Of a stretch of 64,000 nucleotides of DNA, positions 28,492 through 42,699 are shown in pieces. A program made the translations under genes and the position numbers. The notes under the pieces are model-generated. The model saw only the letters and a program-made list of their open reading frames with translations. It was not told the DNA's origin and ran no database searches. Every line of letters begins with the position of its first letter. Position 1 is the stretch's first letter. This DNA comes from the human T2T-CHM13v2.0 reference genome, Homo sapiens. Location: the NCBI RefSeq assembly GCF_009914755.1, contig NC_060929.1, one strand, 5' to 3'.

Positions 28492-28832
28492 CCCCACCCG
28501 GCCGGCTGCCCTGTCCAGGAGGGAGGTGGGGGGCGCCTCCGCCCGGCCAGCCACCCCGTCCGGGAGGTGGGGGGCGCTTCTGCCCAGCCGCCCCTTCTGG
28601 GAAGTGAGGAGCCCCTCTGCCCGGCCACCACCCCGTCTGGGAGGTGTACCCAACAGCTCATTGAAAACGGGCCATGATGACAATGGCGGTTTTGTGGAAT
28701 AGAAAAGGGGAAAAGGTGGGGAAAAGATTGAGAAATCGGATGGTTGCTGTGTCTGTGTAGAAAGAAGTGGACATGGGAGACTTTTCATTTTGTTCTGTAC
28801 TAAGAAAAATTCTTCTGCCTTGGAAAAAAAAA
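28492..28832 (+). mobile_element. SVA fragment: end of VNTR plus 5' part of SINE-R, truncated at both ends
   Basis: GC-rich VNTR units (ccccgtccgggaggtggggg), then aacagctcattgaaaacgggccatgatgac…ttcttctgccttgg and an A tail. TSD-like A(n)GAAGTT / A(n)GAAAAGTT. Confidence 0.93.
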
Positions 28833-29400
28833 GAAAAGTTGAGTTGAAACTCCCAACTATAACTTGTAGTCCACAAGTATATTTTCATATTTAGTTTTTA
28901 AGGCATAATCATGTTATTTGAAAAATATATGTCAAACATCACATATGTGAGTATATCTCCTGTGAAGCCAGAGCTCAGTACATAAGTTCCTGAGCAGGAA
29001 GATGAAACAGGAAATGCAACAAAGATGACAGAGAGCATAGTGATACCATCTGAAAATGATAAACCTATGTTTTCGCAGTATGGGCACTGCAATTAGTCCT
29101 GCTAATAGAAGGGAGAAGTAGCTTACAGAATGCAAAATAAGTTATAATTCTTTAAATACTGGGGCATGCACTCTCTTTTCATACATTTTTATTTTAGAAA
29201 ACAGTTTTTGTTCAGTCAATGGTGCAATGAATGAGTCTGCCCCTTCAGTACTCACTGAAGGTGGTGGCTAGGTGGAGACTGTGAGGTCTAGAAGAATGGG
29301 GTGGCTAGGGAAAACCAACTTCATTTTTTAAACTCATCTTGCAAGTAGATAAAGGAAAGAACACTAATAAAATTTGAGTAATATTAATGATCATTACTGA

Positions 29401-29707
<307 letters not shown>

Positions 29708-29907
29708 ATTAGGTTTTAAAAGAAGCATGGTTAAAACTGTTAGCATAGAAGGTTAGAAATAGTTATAAACTCCGATACATTTTCTTTTTTATAACCCGAA
29801 TGTCTAACATTTTATACAAGAAACAAGTAGCCATCTACTCTACGTGCCCAACATTAATGTGCCTGGTTAAGACCCCTGAGATAGAACAGAGGGATGTCGA
29901 ATCTCAC

Positions 29908-30030
29908 CTTTTCCAGGAAGGCTTCTCTGCTGCTAGCTCACTGATCTCCTGTTTTTTTCTGGAAGCCTGCAGGCCACACTACAAAATTAAGCTCTTTTAA
30001 TATGTTTGCCCTTTATGGTTCTCTAATTGT
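29908..30030 (-). other. FYB1: Candidate far-upstream non-coding FYB1 first exon (5' end approximate)
   Basis: Donor AAAAG|GTGAGA at 29908/29907 in unique sequence. ETS motifs upstream at 30097-30106, 30465-30472 and 30477-30482; IRF-like AAAGTGAAAG near 30500-30510. Confidence 0.4.
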
Positions 30031-31462
30031 ATTGGGTGTATTAGGTTTGGCTCCTCAACTAGATTGGAAACTGCTCCAATGAGAATTAATTTTCATACTT
30101 CCTTTTCTCACTCTAAGGTCCTAGGTCAGCTTTTTTTAAAACACTTTTTCTTTTTTTTTTGCCTCGTGAGTTCCTCAGATGAAAGCAATGTTTGTTTTGT
30201 ACACTGATTCTGCATCTACAACCTTCCTTGAAGCCCATCATTTATGGGAAGCTATAAGAGAACCTTTGGCTAAAATATCGCCAAATACTAAGAGATAGTC
30301 ACTACAGAGCTGCTCTTTGATCATGAAATTAAAGGAAACTTACAAGCAGATTCATAAAAATTCAAGGAAATTCAGTCTCCCTGTTTGGCTAGATATGAAA
30401 TAGCAAATGGGAAGTAGCAGGAAAAAGCAGAATAAGAACAGGCATGCTTAAGAAGGCTGTGCAGGAGGAAGTGGGGACTTCCTTGATTTGGGTTATTTCT
30501 CTTTCACTTTTTGTTTTAAAAACACAGTGAACTTTTTCACTCTTGTACTTTCTACTTTTAATGAAAGAGGGCCTTAACTCTTCAGAACATCAGTGTTCTG
30601 GAAGAAATAGCTTATTAATCAACTTACTTTTGATTAAAAAGAGAGTTTCCACCACATTTTAATGGAACGAGTAGATTGTATTGAAACTCAAGAAAAGAAG
30701 GGAGCATTTGTCTTTACAATTTAAACCCAATCCCAGGTGAATATTTACTACAGTAAAAACAATCTGCTAAAATAGGACAATGAAAAAATTAATCTAGACT
30801 TCACTTAAGGAGTTTTTATCAAACCAGTTAACCTGGAGAGCAAAGAGACAACAAAGCTTATAGAAGAATTCTAGGTTATATATTACCTTGCTTTGTTTTT
30901 TGTAATTTTGTCCATTATTTGTATCACACCCTCTCTTTGGGTCTTTGGGGATGCATGAACTCCATGGGTCTATTGGGTCCTGCTGTTTTCTTCTCGTGAT
31001 TTCTCACATCATTTGTCCTTGCATTTGTTTCACAGAAGCAGAATTCTAAGTCATAATCCCTTTGCTTCAGTGAGTCTCCAAGACAAGATTTAACTGACAC
31101 ACACTCTCATGGGGTTGCTTATTGCTTTTGCCATTTGTTTAATGATAATTTGATCTTTAATGAATAAAATAAAGAAAAGGTCCCACATCAAAAGGGATCT
31201 ATTTCTCATTTTTTCTCCTTTCTTCCTTCCTTCCTTTTTTCTTTCCTACTTTTTTTTAATTATACTTTAAATTTTACGGTATATGTGCACAATGTGCAGG
31301 TTTGTTACATATGTATACATGTGCCATGTTGGTGTGCTGCACCCAGTAACTCGTCATTTACATTAGGTATATCTCCTAATGCTATCCCTGCCCCCTACCC
31401 CCACCCCACGACATGCCCCGGTGTGTGATGTTACCCTTCCTGTGATCATGTGTTCTCATTGT

Positions 31463-35284
<3,822 letters not shown>

Positions 35285-35347
35285 TATGATGTTAGCTGGT
35301 TATTTTGCTCGTTAGTTGATGCAGTTTCTTCCTAGCCTTGATGGTCT

Positions 35348-36364
35348 TTACAATTTGGCATGTTTTTGCAGTGGCTGGTACCGGTTGTTCCTTTCCATGT
35401 TTGGTGCTTCCTTCAGGAGCTCTTTTAGGGCAGTCCTGGTAGTGACATAATCTCTCAGCATTTGCTTGTCTGTAAAGTATTTTATGTCTCCTTCACTTAT
35501 GAAGCTTAGTTTAGCTGGATATGAAATTCTGCATTGAAAATTCTTTTCTTTAAGAATGTTGAATATTGGCCCCCACTCTCTTCTGGCTTGTAGAGTTTCT
35601 GCCGGGAGATCAGCTGTTAGTCTGATGGGCTTCCCTTTGTGGGTAACCAGACCTTTCTCTCTGGCTGCCCTTAACATTTTTTCCTTCATTTCAACTTTGG
35701 TGAATCTGACAATTATGTGTCTTGGAGTTGCTCTTCTCGAGAAGTATCTTTGTGGCGTTCTCTTTATTTCCTGAATCTGAATGTTGGCCTGCCTTGCTAG
35801 ATTGGGGAAGTTCTCCTGGATAATATCCTGCAGAGTGTTTTCCAACTTGGTTCCGTTCTCCCCGTCACTTTCAGGTGCACCAATCAGACATAGATTTGGT
35901 CTTTTCACATAGTCCCATATTTCTTGGAGGCTTTGTTCATTTCTCTTTATTCTTTTTTCTCTAAACTTCTCTTCTCGCTTCATTTCATTCATTTGATCTT
36001 CCGTCACTGATACCCTTTCTTCCAGTTGATTGAATCGGCTACTGATGCTTGTGCATTCATCACGTAGTTCTTGTGCCATGGTTTTCAGCTCCAACAGATC
36101 CTTTAAGGACCTCTCTGCATCAATTTTTCTAGTTAGCCATCCGTCTAATCTTTTTTCAAGGTTTTTAACTTCTTTGCCATGGGTTCTAACTTCCTCCTTT
36201 AGCTCGGAGTAGTTTGATCTTCTGAAGCCTTCTTCTCTCAACTCGTCAAAGTCATTCTCCAACCAGCTTTGTTCTGTTGCTTGTGAGGAGCTGCGTTCCT
36301 TTGGAGGAGGAGAGGCCCTCTGATTTTTAGAATTTTCAGTTTTTCTGCTCTGTTTTTTCCCCAT
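35348..36364 (-). CDS. L1 ORF1p, uninterrupted 338 aa
   Basis: ORF track: MGKKQ…; REKG, ARR and YPAKLS motifs are present. Confidence 0.9.
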   Translation of the reverse strand: MGKKQSRKTENSKNQRASPPPKERSSSQATEQSWLENDFDELREEGFRRSNYSELKEEVRTHGKEVKNLEKRLDGWLTRKIDAERSLKDLLELKTMAQELRDECTSISSRFNQLEERVSVTEDQMNEMKREEKFREKRIKRNEQSLQEIWDYVKRPNLCLIGAPESDGENGTKLENTLQDIIQENFPNLARQANIQIQEIKRTPQRYFSRRATPRHIIVRFTKVEMKEKMLRAAREKGLVTHKGKPIRLTADLPAETLQARREWGPIFNILKEKNFQCRISYPAKLSFISEGDIKYFTDKQMLRDYVTTRTALKELLKEAPNMERNNRYQPLQKHAKL

Positions 36365-36939
36365 CTTTGTGGTTTTATCTACCTTTGGTCTTTGACGATG
36401 GTGACGTACAGATGGGGTTTTGGTTCAGATGTCCTTTCTGTTTGTTAGTTTTCCTTCTAACAGTCAGGACCCTCAGCTGCAGGTCTGTTGGAGTTTGCTG
36501 GAGGTCCACTCCAGACCCTGTTTGCCTGGGTATCAGCAGCAGAGGCTGCAGAACAGCAGATATTTGTGAACAGCAAATTTTGCTGCCTGATCATTCCTCT
36601 GGAAGTTTTGTCTCAGAGGAGTACCCGGCCGTGTGAGGTGTCTGTCTGCCCCTACTGGGGGGTGCCTCCCAGTTAGGCTACTCAGGGGTCAGGGACCCAC
36701 TTGAGGAGGCAGTCTGTCCGTTCTCAGATCTCCAGCTGCATGGTGGGAGAACCACTACCCTTTTGAAAGCTGTCAGACAGGGACATTTAAGTCTGCAGAG
36801 GTTTCTGCTGCCTTTTGTTTGGCTATGCCCTGCCCCCAGAGGTGGAGTCTACAGAAGCAGGCAGGCCTCCTTGAGCTGCGGTGGGCTCCACCCAGTTTGA
36901 GCTTCCAGGCAGCTTTGTTTACCTACTCAAGCCTCAGCA

Positions 36940-37650
36940 ATGGCAGGCGCCCCTCCCCCAGCCTCGCTGCCGCCTTGCAGTTTGATCTCAGACTGCTGTG
37001 CTAACAATGAGCGAGGCTCTGTGGGTGTGGGACCCTCTGAGCCAGGCACAGGATACAATCTCCTGGTGTGCCGTTTGCTAAGACTGTTGGAAAAGTGCAG
37101 TATTAGGGTGGGAGTGACCCGATTTTCCAGGTGCCCTCTTTCACCTCTTTCCTTGGCTAACAAAGGGAATTTTCTGACCCCTTGCACTTCCTGGGTGAGG
37201 CGATGCCTTGCCCTGCTTCGGCTCACACTTGGTGCGCTGCACCCACTCTCCTGTACCCACTGTCTGACTAGCCCCAGTGAGATGAACACGGTAACTCAGT
37301 TGGAAATGCAGAAATCATTTGTCTTTTGCGTCGCTCATGTTGGGAGCTGTAGACTGGAGCTGTTCCTATTCAGCCATCTTGGCTCCACCCCTTTCTTTCT
37401 TTCTTTCTTTCTCTTTCTTTCTTTTTTTTCTTTCTTTTTTCTCTCTCTCTTTCTTTCTTTCTTCTTTCTTTCCTTTCTTTTTTCTTCCTTTCTTTCTTTC
37501 CTTCCCTTCCTTCCATCCTTCTTTCCTTCTTCCTTCCTTCCTTCTCTCTCTCTTTCTTCTTCCTTCCTTCCTTCCTCCCTCCCTCCCCCCCCTCCTTCCT
37601 TCCTTTCTTTCTTTTCTTTCTTTCTTTCTTTTTCTTTCTTTCTTTCTTTT

Positions 37651-37697
<47 letters not shown>

Positions 37698-37779
37698 ACT
37701 CTTCTGTCTGTCTCTGTCTCTGCCTTTCTTTCCTTCCTTCCTTTCTTCATTCCCAGTTTTTATCCCAAAAGAAGATTAG
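36940..37779 (+). CDS. L1 antisense ORF0 homolog, read through to 279 codons (expression unknown)
   Basis: N-terminus MAGAPPPASLPPCSLISDCC…GVGPSEPG…RVGVTRFSRC matches recalled ORF0. No stop until 37779. Confidence 0.45.
37392..37748. repeat. About 350-bp (TTTC/TTCC)n polypyrimidine tract
   Basis: Almost purine-free on the plus strand; abuts the L1 5' end. Confidence 0.95.
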
Positions 37780-38221
37780 GCCAAAAAAGTTGCAAAATAC
37801 ACTGATGTATCTAATGTCACAAATGTTAGTTATACTTTGAAGATTTTTGACTAATAGTCATGTGTTCTAATAATAGTAATAGCCACTATTACTATTTATT
37901 GCTTTTCCAGTCGGTTACAGTATAAATGATCTCAGTAAATCAACCTAACAGTTCTAGGAAAGAGATATTATTTTCCCTGAGCATATTTTAGGGCTTAAGG
38001 GTTTAGTAACTTGCCCATTGTTAAATAGCCATGCCATCCCCTTTTCTTGGGCCATTTTGCTGCTCTTAGCATAATGGTAGGTAATGGGCATGAGGTGGGG
38101 GTGGAAGAGCAAAGAGTGGGGGCCAAATATCTGTCATAGGACAGATATTTGACTGTCCTGTGAATTACATGTGTATATAAAAATTGTTTCATTAAGGAAA
38201 AAAACTGAACTAGCCTTTGAT

Positions 38222-38375
38222 CAGCTCTCGTGAGAATTGACTCACTTATCACAAGGAAAGCATGGGGGAAACTGCCCCTATGATCCAATCACCTCCCACC
38301 AGGTCCTTCCTTTGACACATGGAGATTACAATTTGAGATGAGATTTTGGTGGCAACACAGAGCCAGACCATATCA
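38222..38375 (-). mobile_element. THE1/MST LTR fragment
   Basis: Reverse of the LTR start (…gagattttggtggcaacacagagccagaccatatca), homologous to 5360-5520. Confidence 0.8.
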
Positions 38376-39639
38376 TTTACCATTTTGGGCTGTTTTCATA
38401 AGTAAATATTGGGAGACTAATTTAGGAGATGCTATTGTTGGGTCCCATTAAACAATTAAAAGGGCTTGCAGGGGAGACAATTGTGTAAAGCCAGGGTGAG
38501 AATGCTGACCCACACGTCGAACACTAGACAACAGGTGTATGTTGACTGTCTACTCTGTGATCACTAGAATAAATAAGTGACCTGAATTTTGAGTATAAAA
38601 AGGGAAAAGTGTAAAAATGTAGCAAAACTCTGAGCTTCCTTTATCCATCAGGTCCTAGTGAACATAAATACCCATCCCACTTCTCTAACTTCTTTTGATA
38701 CTGGCTTCTTTCGATAGTGATTTAGTATAACGATCCAACTTTCTGGACTGGGCTTCACAGGGCTGTTGTTTTCACCTGTCCTTTTCCTTGAATTGGTGGT
38801 GCACCCCCTCAGAGAGCATGTGGAGTAGGGGGCACCTATAATGCACTCCATTTGGGCAAACTAAGCTACATCTGCTCTCTCCAAACAACAGTCCACGCTG
38901 ACACATGCTAGGCCTAGTGGGTCCTCATCTTTCCCGGTTTCTAGAGATTCTCCTTTAGTTTAGGCCTGGAGACTTTCTGCTCTGTGTTGATTACTGTTGA
39001 GCAGTTTCTGGTGTCTCAATAGTGCTCCCTGCTGGAGATGCTCTATCATCAGATATACCACCTTTGGCAAGAAGTCGGAGGACTCTCCATCAAGTGTGAA
39101 CCTGGGCTGTTCCTGCTATTCATTACCCTAGAAAGGACTCTGATAAATCATTAAGCTAGCCCTAGGGGGTCTGGTCAAGGCTCAGCTCTTTTATTGTTTG
39201 ACATTTGTAATTCCTAAGGGTGGAAGGAATTCTCAGGTGTTACTCTAATAACAGCCTTGAGCCAGATGCTGTCCATCAAAAACTCTCTCAATAGTGGATT
39301 GTTCAAGAACAGAGTTCAGTATTTATACACATTTAACAAATCTTACTCCTCTCTAATTCACACAGTGTTTTGAAGGGCAGGGGACAGAACTTCTCTGGAG
39401 CTCCCAGGGCAAATGCAAGACTCTTAAGGGCCAGGGCACATTTATTAGTATGATCTCCATATCATACCTAACATATTAAAATACATCCCACATCCAGTAA
39501 TCTTTTTATTTGCTATTTAAAAACAATTTTGAAAATTATTTTTAAAAATTTTGCTTTTGAAATTATTTTCATGTAGGTAATTTAGTTACTGTTATCTCCC
39601 AGCAATCAAATGCATTCTTGTGAATTTCTGCCAAGTGAG

Positions 39640-40712
39640 AGAAAGTAACATAATTTATTTATAAATGTGTGAAATGTTTATTAATAGTAACAATAAAGTT
39701 AACATGATACATACTGATGTTTAAGCATTTATTAATTCTCATTTTGCATTTTTTTATTTTGATATATTTTTCCTCTTTTCTTTCTTTCTTTCCTTTTTTT
39801 AAAGAGTTCTCAGACCTTTCAAAAGGACTCAGACCCTAAGCACCATGTTCTCTAATGAATAAGATTGTACAACCAATGTTAATCAGCTTCTCAGGTAGGT
39901 AACCTTACCTTATACAACTCATAAGGCTAGGTATTAAGTTGGACTATATAAAATTGATGTTTTTTCTTGTAAAATATGATCAAATAGAAGGAATTTCACA
40001 TAATTTAAACTAATAGTTTATGTTCATTCTATTCTGCTACTGAACACTATCTATATTATTCCTTTCATCTAACTGGATTTTTGTACCCATTAACCAACTC
40101 CTCTTTATCTCCCTTCAGTCCTCTGGTAAACTAGTAGTTTTTGGTTACAAATATAATATGTTTTCCCCCTTGGACACATGGATTTAAATCGTAGAGCTAA
40201 GACTAGTAAAAGCAACTGCTGTGCACGTGGCTGGTGCTCAGCATTTGCTGAATGAATGTATGCACACCTAAGCAAATAACCAAACTAAACATAACAATGT
40301 AAATAAGAGTTAAATTGCATGGTACAGACGTGTGGTCATGGACCTGGCAGAATATGTTAACCATACAAAGCCGTTTGAAAATTACTTTGAAGTTTTTTAA
40401 ACCAACATTCTGTTTTTAATTTAATTTTGTTTTTTTTTAGAAGAGATTGGCATTTTCCGTGGGATAAAGCAGTTCTGGCGTATTTCACTGTTGACTTCTC
40501 ATTAGGGAACAAAAAATGGAAACATCACAGGAGTTTAAGGAAGAAAAATTAAAAAAAAAATTATAGACCTAAGAGAGAAGAGACTTCAGAGGTTGGTAGG
40601 ATTTTCATGAAGCATGTTGCTATTTACTTGGCAGCTAAGATTATCTTCAGGGGTAGGATCTGAAGGTACTAGTGTTTTCTTCTTCCACTGGAGCTCAGAG
40701 AAGCCAACAGCT
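39640..40712 (-). other. C9: C9 3'UTR (distal end approximate)
   Basis: Follows the stop codon. Candidate polyA signals on the minus strand: ATTAAA at 40425-40420 and 40420-40415; AATAAA at 39733-39728, 39682-39677, 39659-39654 and 39510-39505. Confidence 0.75.
39654..39733 (-). terminator. C9: Cluster of AATAAA signals, candidate distal C9 polyadenylation region
   Basis: Three TTTATT hexamers on the plus strand within 80 nt, about 1 kb downstream of the C9 stop. Confidence 0.55.
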
Positions 40713-40724
40713 CTATTTTTCATT
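40612..40724 (-). pseudogene. Vestigial C-terminal TSP1 domain coding sequence spanning the C9 stop and proximal 3'UTR
   Basis: In frame: AAT GAA AAA TAG AGC TGT TGG CTT CTC TGA GCT CCA = N-E-K-*-S-C-W-L-L-*-A-P, versus TSP1 D-G-x-W-S-C-W-S-S-W-S-x-C. After a +1 shift: D-P-T-P-E-D-N-L-S-C-Q, versus N-P-A-P-Q-N-G-G-A-S-C-P. Confidence 0.7.
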
Positions 40725-40747
40725 GGGGAACTCTAGGGCTGGCAATC
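40713..40747 (-). CDS. C9: Complement C9 terminal exon, coding part (G)LPALEFPNEK*
   Basis: Acceptor TTTTCTCTAG|GA. 35 coding nt ending in TAG at 40715-40713. Matches the recalled human C9 C-terminus. Confidence 0.96.
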
Positions 40748-42699
40748 CTAGAGAAAACAAATAAGTATCAAATCTTAATCATCAATAGGATTTTACTTTG
40801 GGTCCATCCACCCATCCGCTTTTTCACCTTCTTATCCTCTTGCACCACGTTGTGCCATACTGTCTAGGTACTGGGAATAGAATGTGGTGTAAGGTACAAG
40901 GCACATTTTCATACCAGAAAGGGCTATTTGTCTTGTATACAGAGAGTCAATGTGATTAGTGCTGGAAAAACAGAGGGAAAGTTCTCAGGCAGCATAGATA
41001 GAGAACTGATTCCTGGAGAAATTGGAGAAGGTTTCATCAAAGATATGCTAATTGGACTGGGTTCAAAATAGAGGTTTTTAACCCTGGCTAAAGATTAGAA
41101 TAACCAGTAGATTTTTTAAAAATTCAAAAAACAAAAAACCCATGCCCAGGCAGGATCTACCATGGCTGCTTTTGTTTAATTGGCTTAGGATAGACATCTG
41201 TTTTGTTTTGTTTCTTTTTTTTTTTTTCCTTTAAGGAAGTGAGCCAGATGAATCCAATGACCAACCTGGTTGAGAGCCATTGGTCTAGGAGTAGAAACGC
41301 ACACAAGGAATAAGGGAGAAGGAGGTTCGGTTAGTTGAGGGAGAGAAAGTTGGAAGCATTTCAAGCTAAGTAAATGGTATAGAAAAAGAAAGATGATGTG
41401 TTACGGTTTTCAATCTCATCATGGGTGTAAGCTAGTGTAAATTGGAAACTAGAACATTCTATGTCAACATGGATGCTTGGAAGATCTACCTTGAGGGAAA
41501 AATTCAACAAGAAAATGTCTAATGTCTCAGCAAGAAGCTGTGGGCCATCCTGGGTCAGGTTTGAAAGGTCAACCAAACAATGCCTAGTGATCAAAGATAA
41601 TTTTATATTGGGGAAGGGACCTTGATATTCATTATCTATGAAACACAACATATGGAACCCGAACCAAGAACTTTACATAAAAATCTAGTGCAAGACTGAT
41701 GAAAATGATAGGACCTCCTAAGAAACAAACTAACCCTAAGAATATGTTCATTATCCAGGGAAGACGGGTTTCCACAGGAAATAATTCCCACCAAAAACTA
41801 AGCCTGTAATAAAAAATCACTAAGTACTGAAGAAAGCATAATATGCCATGAGAATGAATTGGTAGACTTAGCAGAGAATTGCACTGCAGAAACAATATAT
41901 ACTGGAACAATTTGAAAGAATTCCGTGAAGATATATTTAACATGTTGAAAGCTATAAAGGTAGGAAAATAATCCAGTAGACTAGACAACAGAAAAAACTA
42001 GACAAAAGAAAATTGAAAAAGAACCAAATCAAAATTTTAGAAAAATACTTTTAAAATAATCTCAATAGGTCAGCAAATGGATCGACTATACAAAGTTGAA
42101 TAAAATAATTGGAAAATTAAAAGCTAGAACTAAAGAAATCACAGAGAAATCAGCAGAATATTCTACATAGAGAGAAATAGGTAGAAAATAGACGTTCCAA
42201 GTACCAAGTAGTATACATTTTTGGAGAGTGAGAGTTTTTTTTGGAACGCAAAGCACTAGATTGAGACTTTAGACCGATGAGAGACAGAGTTAGCATACAT
42301 TTATAAATCAATCATTCTAAAATTTAAATTAAATTCTAACTTACATATTTTGTCACCACATGATTGAGTTTCTAAGCCATTTGCTGAGAAGTGTAAAAAA
42401 TTCATAAAATATTAAAAATTTATATTGTAAGAGATGAAAATATGGTTGAATGATAAACGAGGCTGTGAACTTTGGCTACATAATTGTTTTAGAATTTTGT
42501 TTCAGGAAACTGTATTTGTTCAAACAATGATTGCCATAGAAAGTTAATCTTAATAGCTAATCTTGTGATATTAACACTTGGACTAAGATCTCACTAATCT
42601 ATTAGGAGTCTGAATAATTCTACCAGAATGAAATACTAAGCATAAACTCTTAGGATTAGAAACATGACTAAAGTCATGTTTACTTGTAGGAAGTAAAAT

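Noticed and set aside
37319-37840. 173-aa F/L/S ORF and the 126-aa K/E/R ORF on the opposite strand
   Set aside because: Both are artefacts of a purine/pyrimidine tract that cannot encode stops.
38376-39350. Possible LTR/ERV internal remnant or gene (ORF 38648-38851)
   Set aside because: I could not match it to any family or protein, so it is left unannotated.
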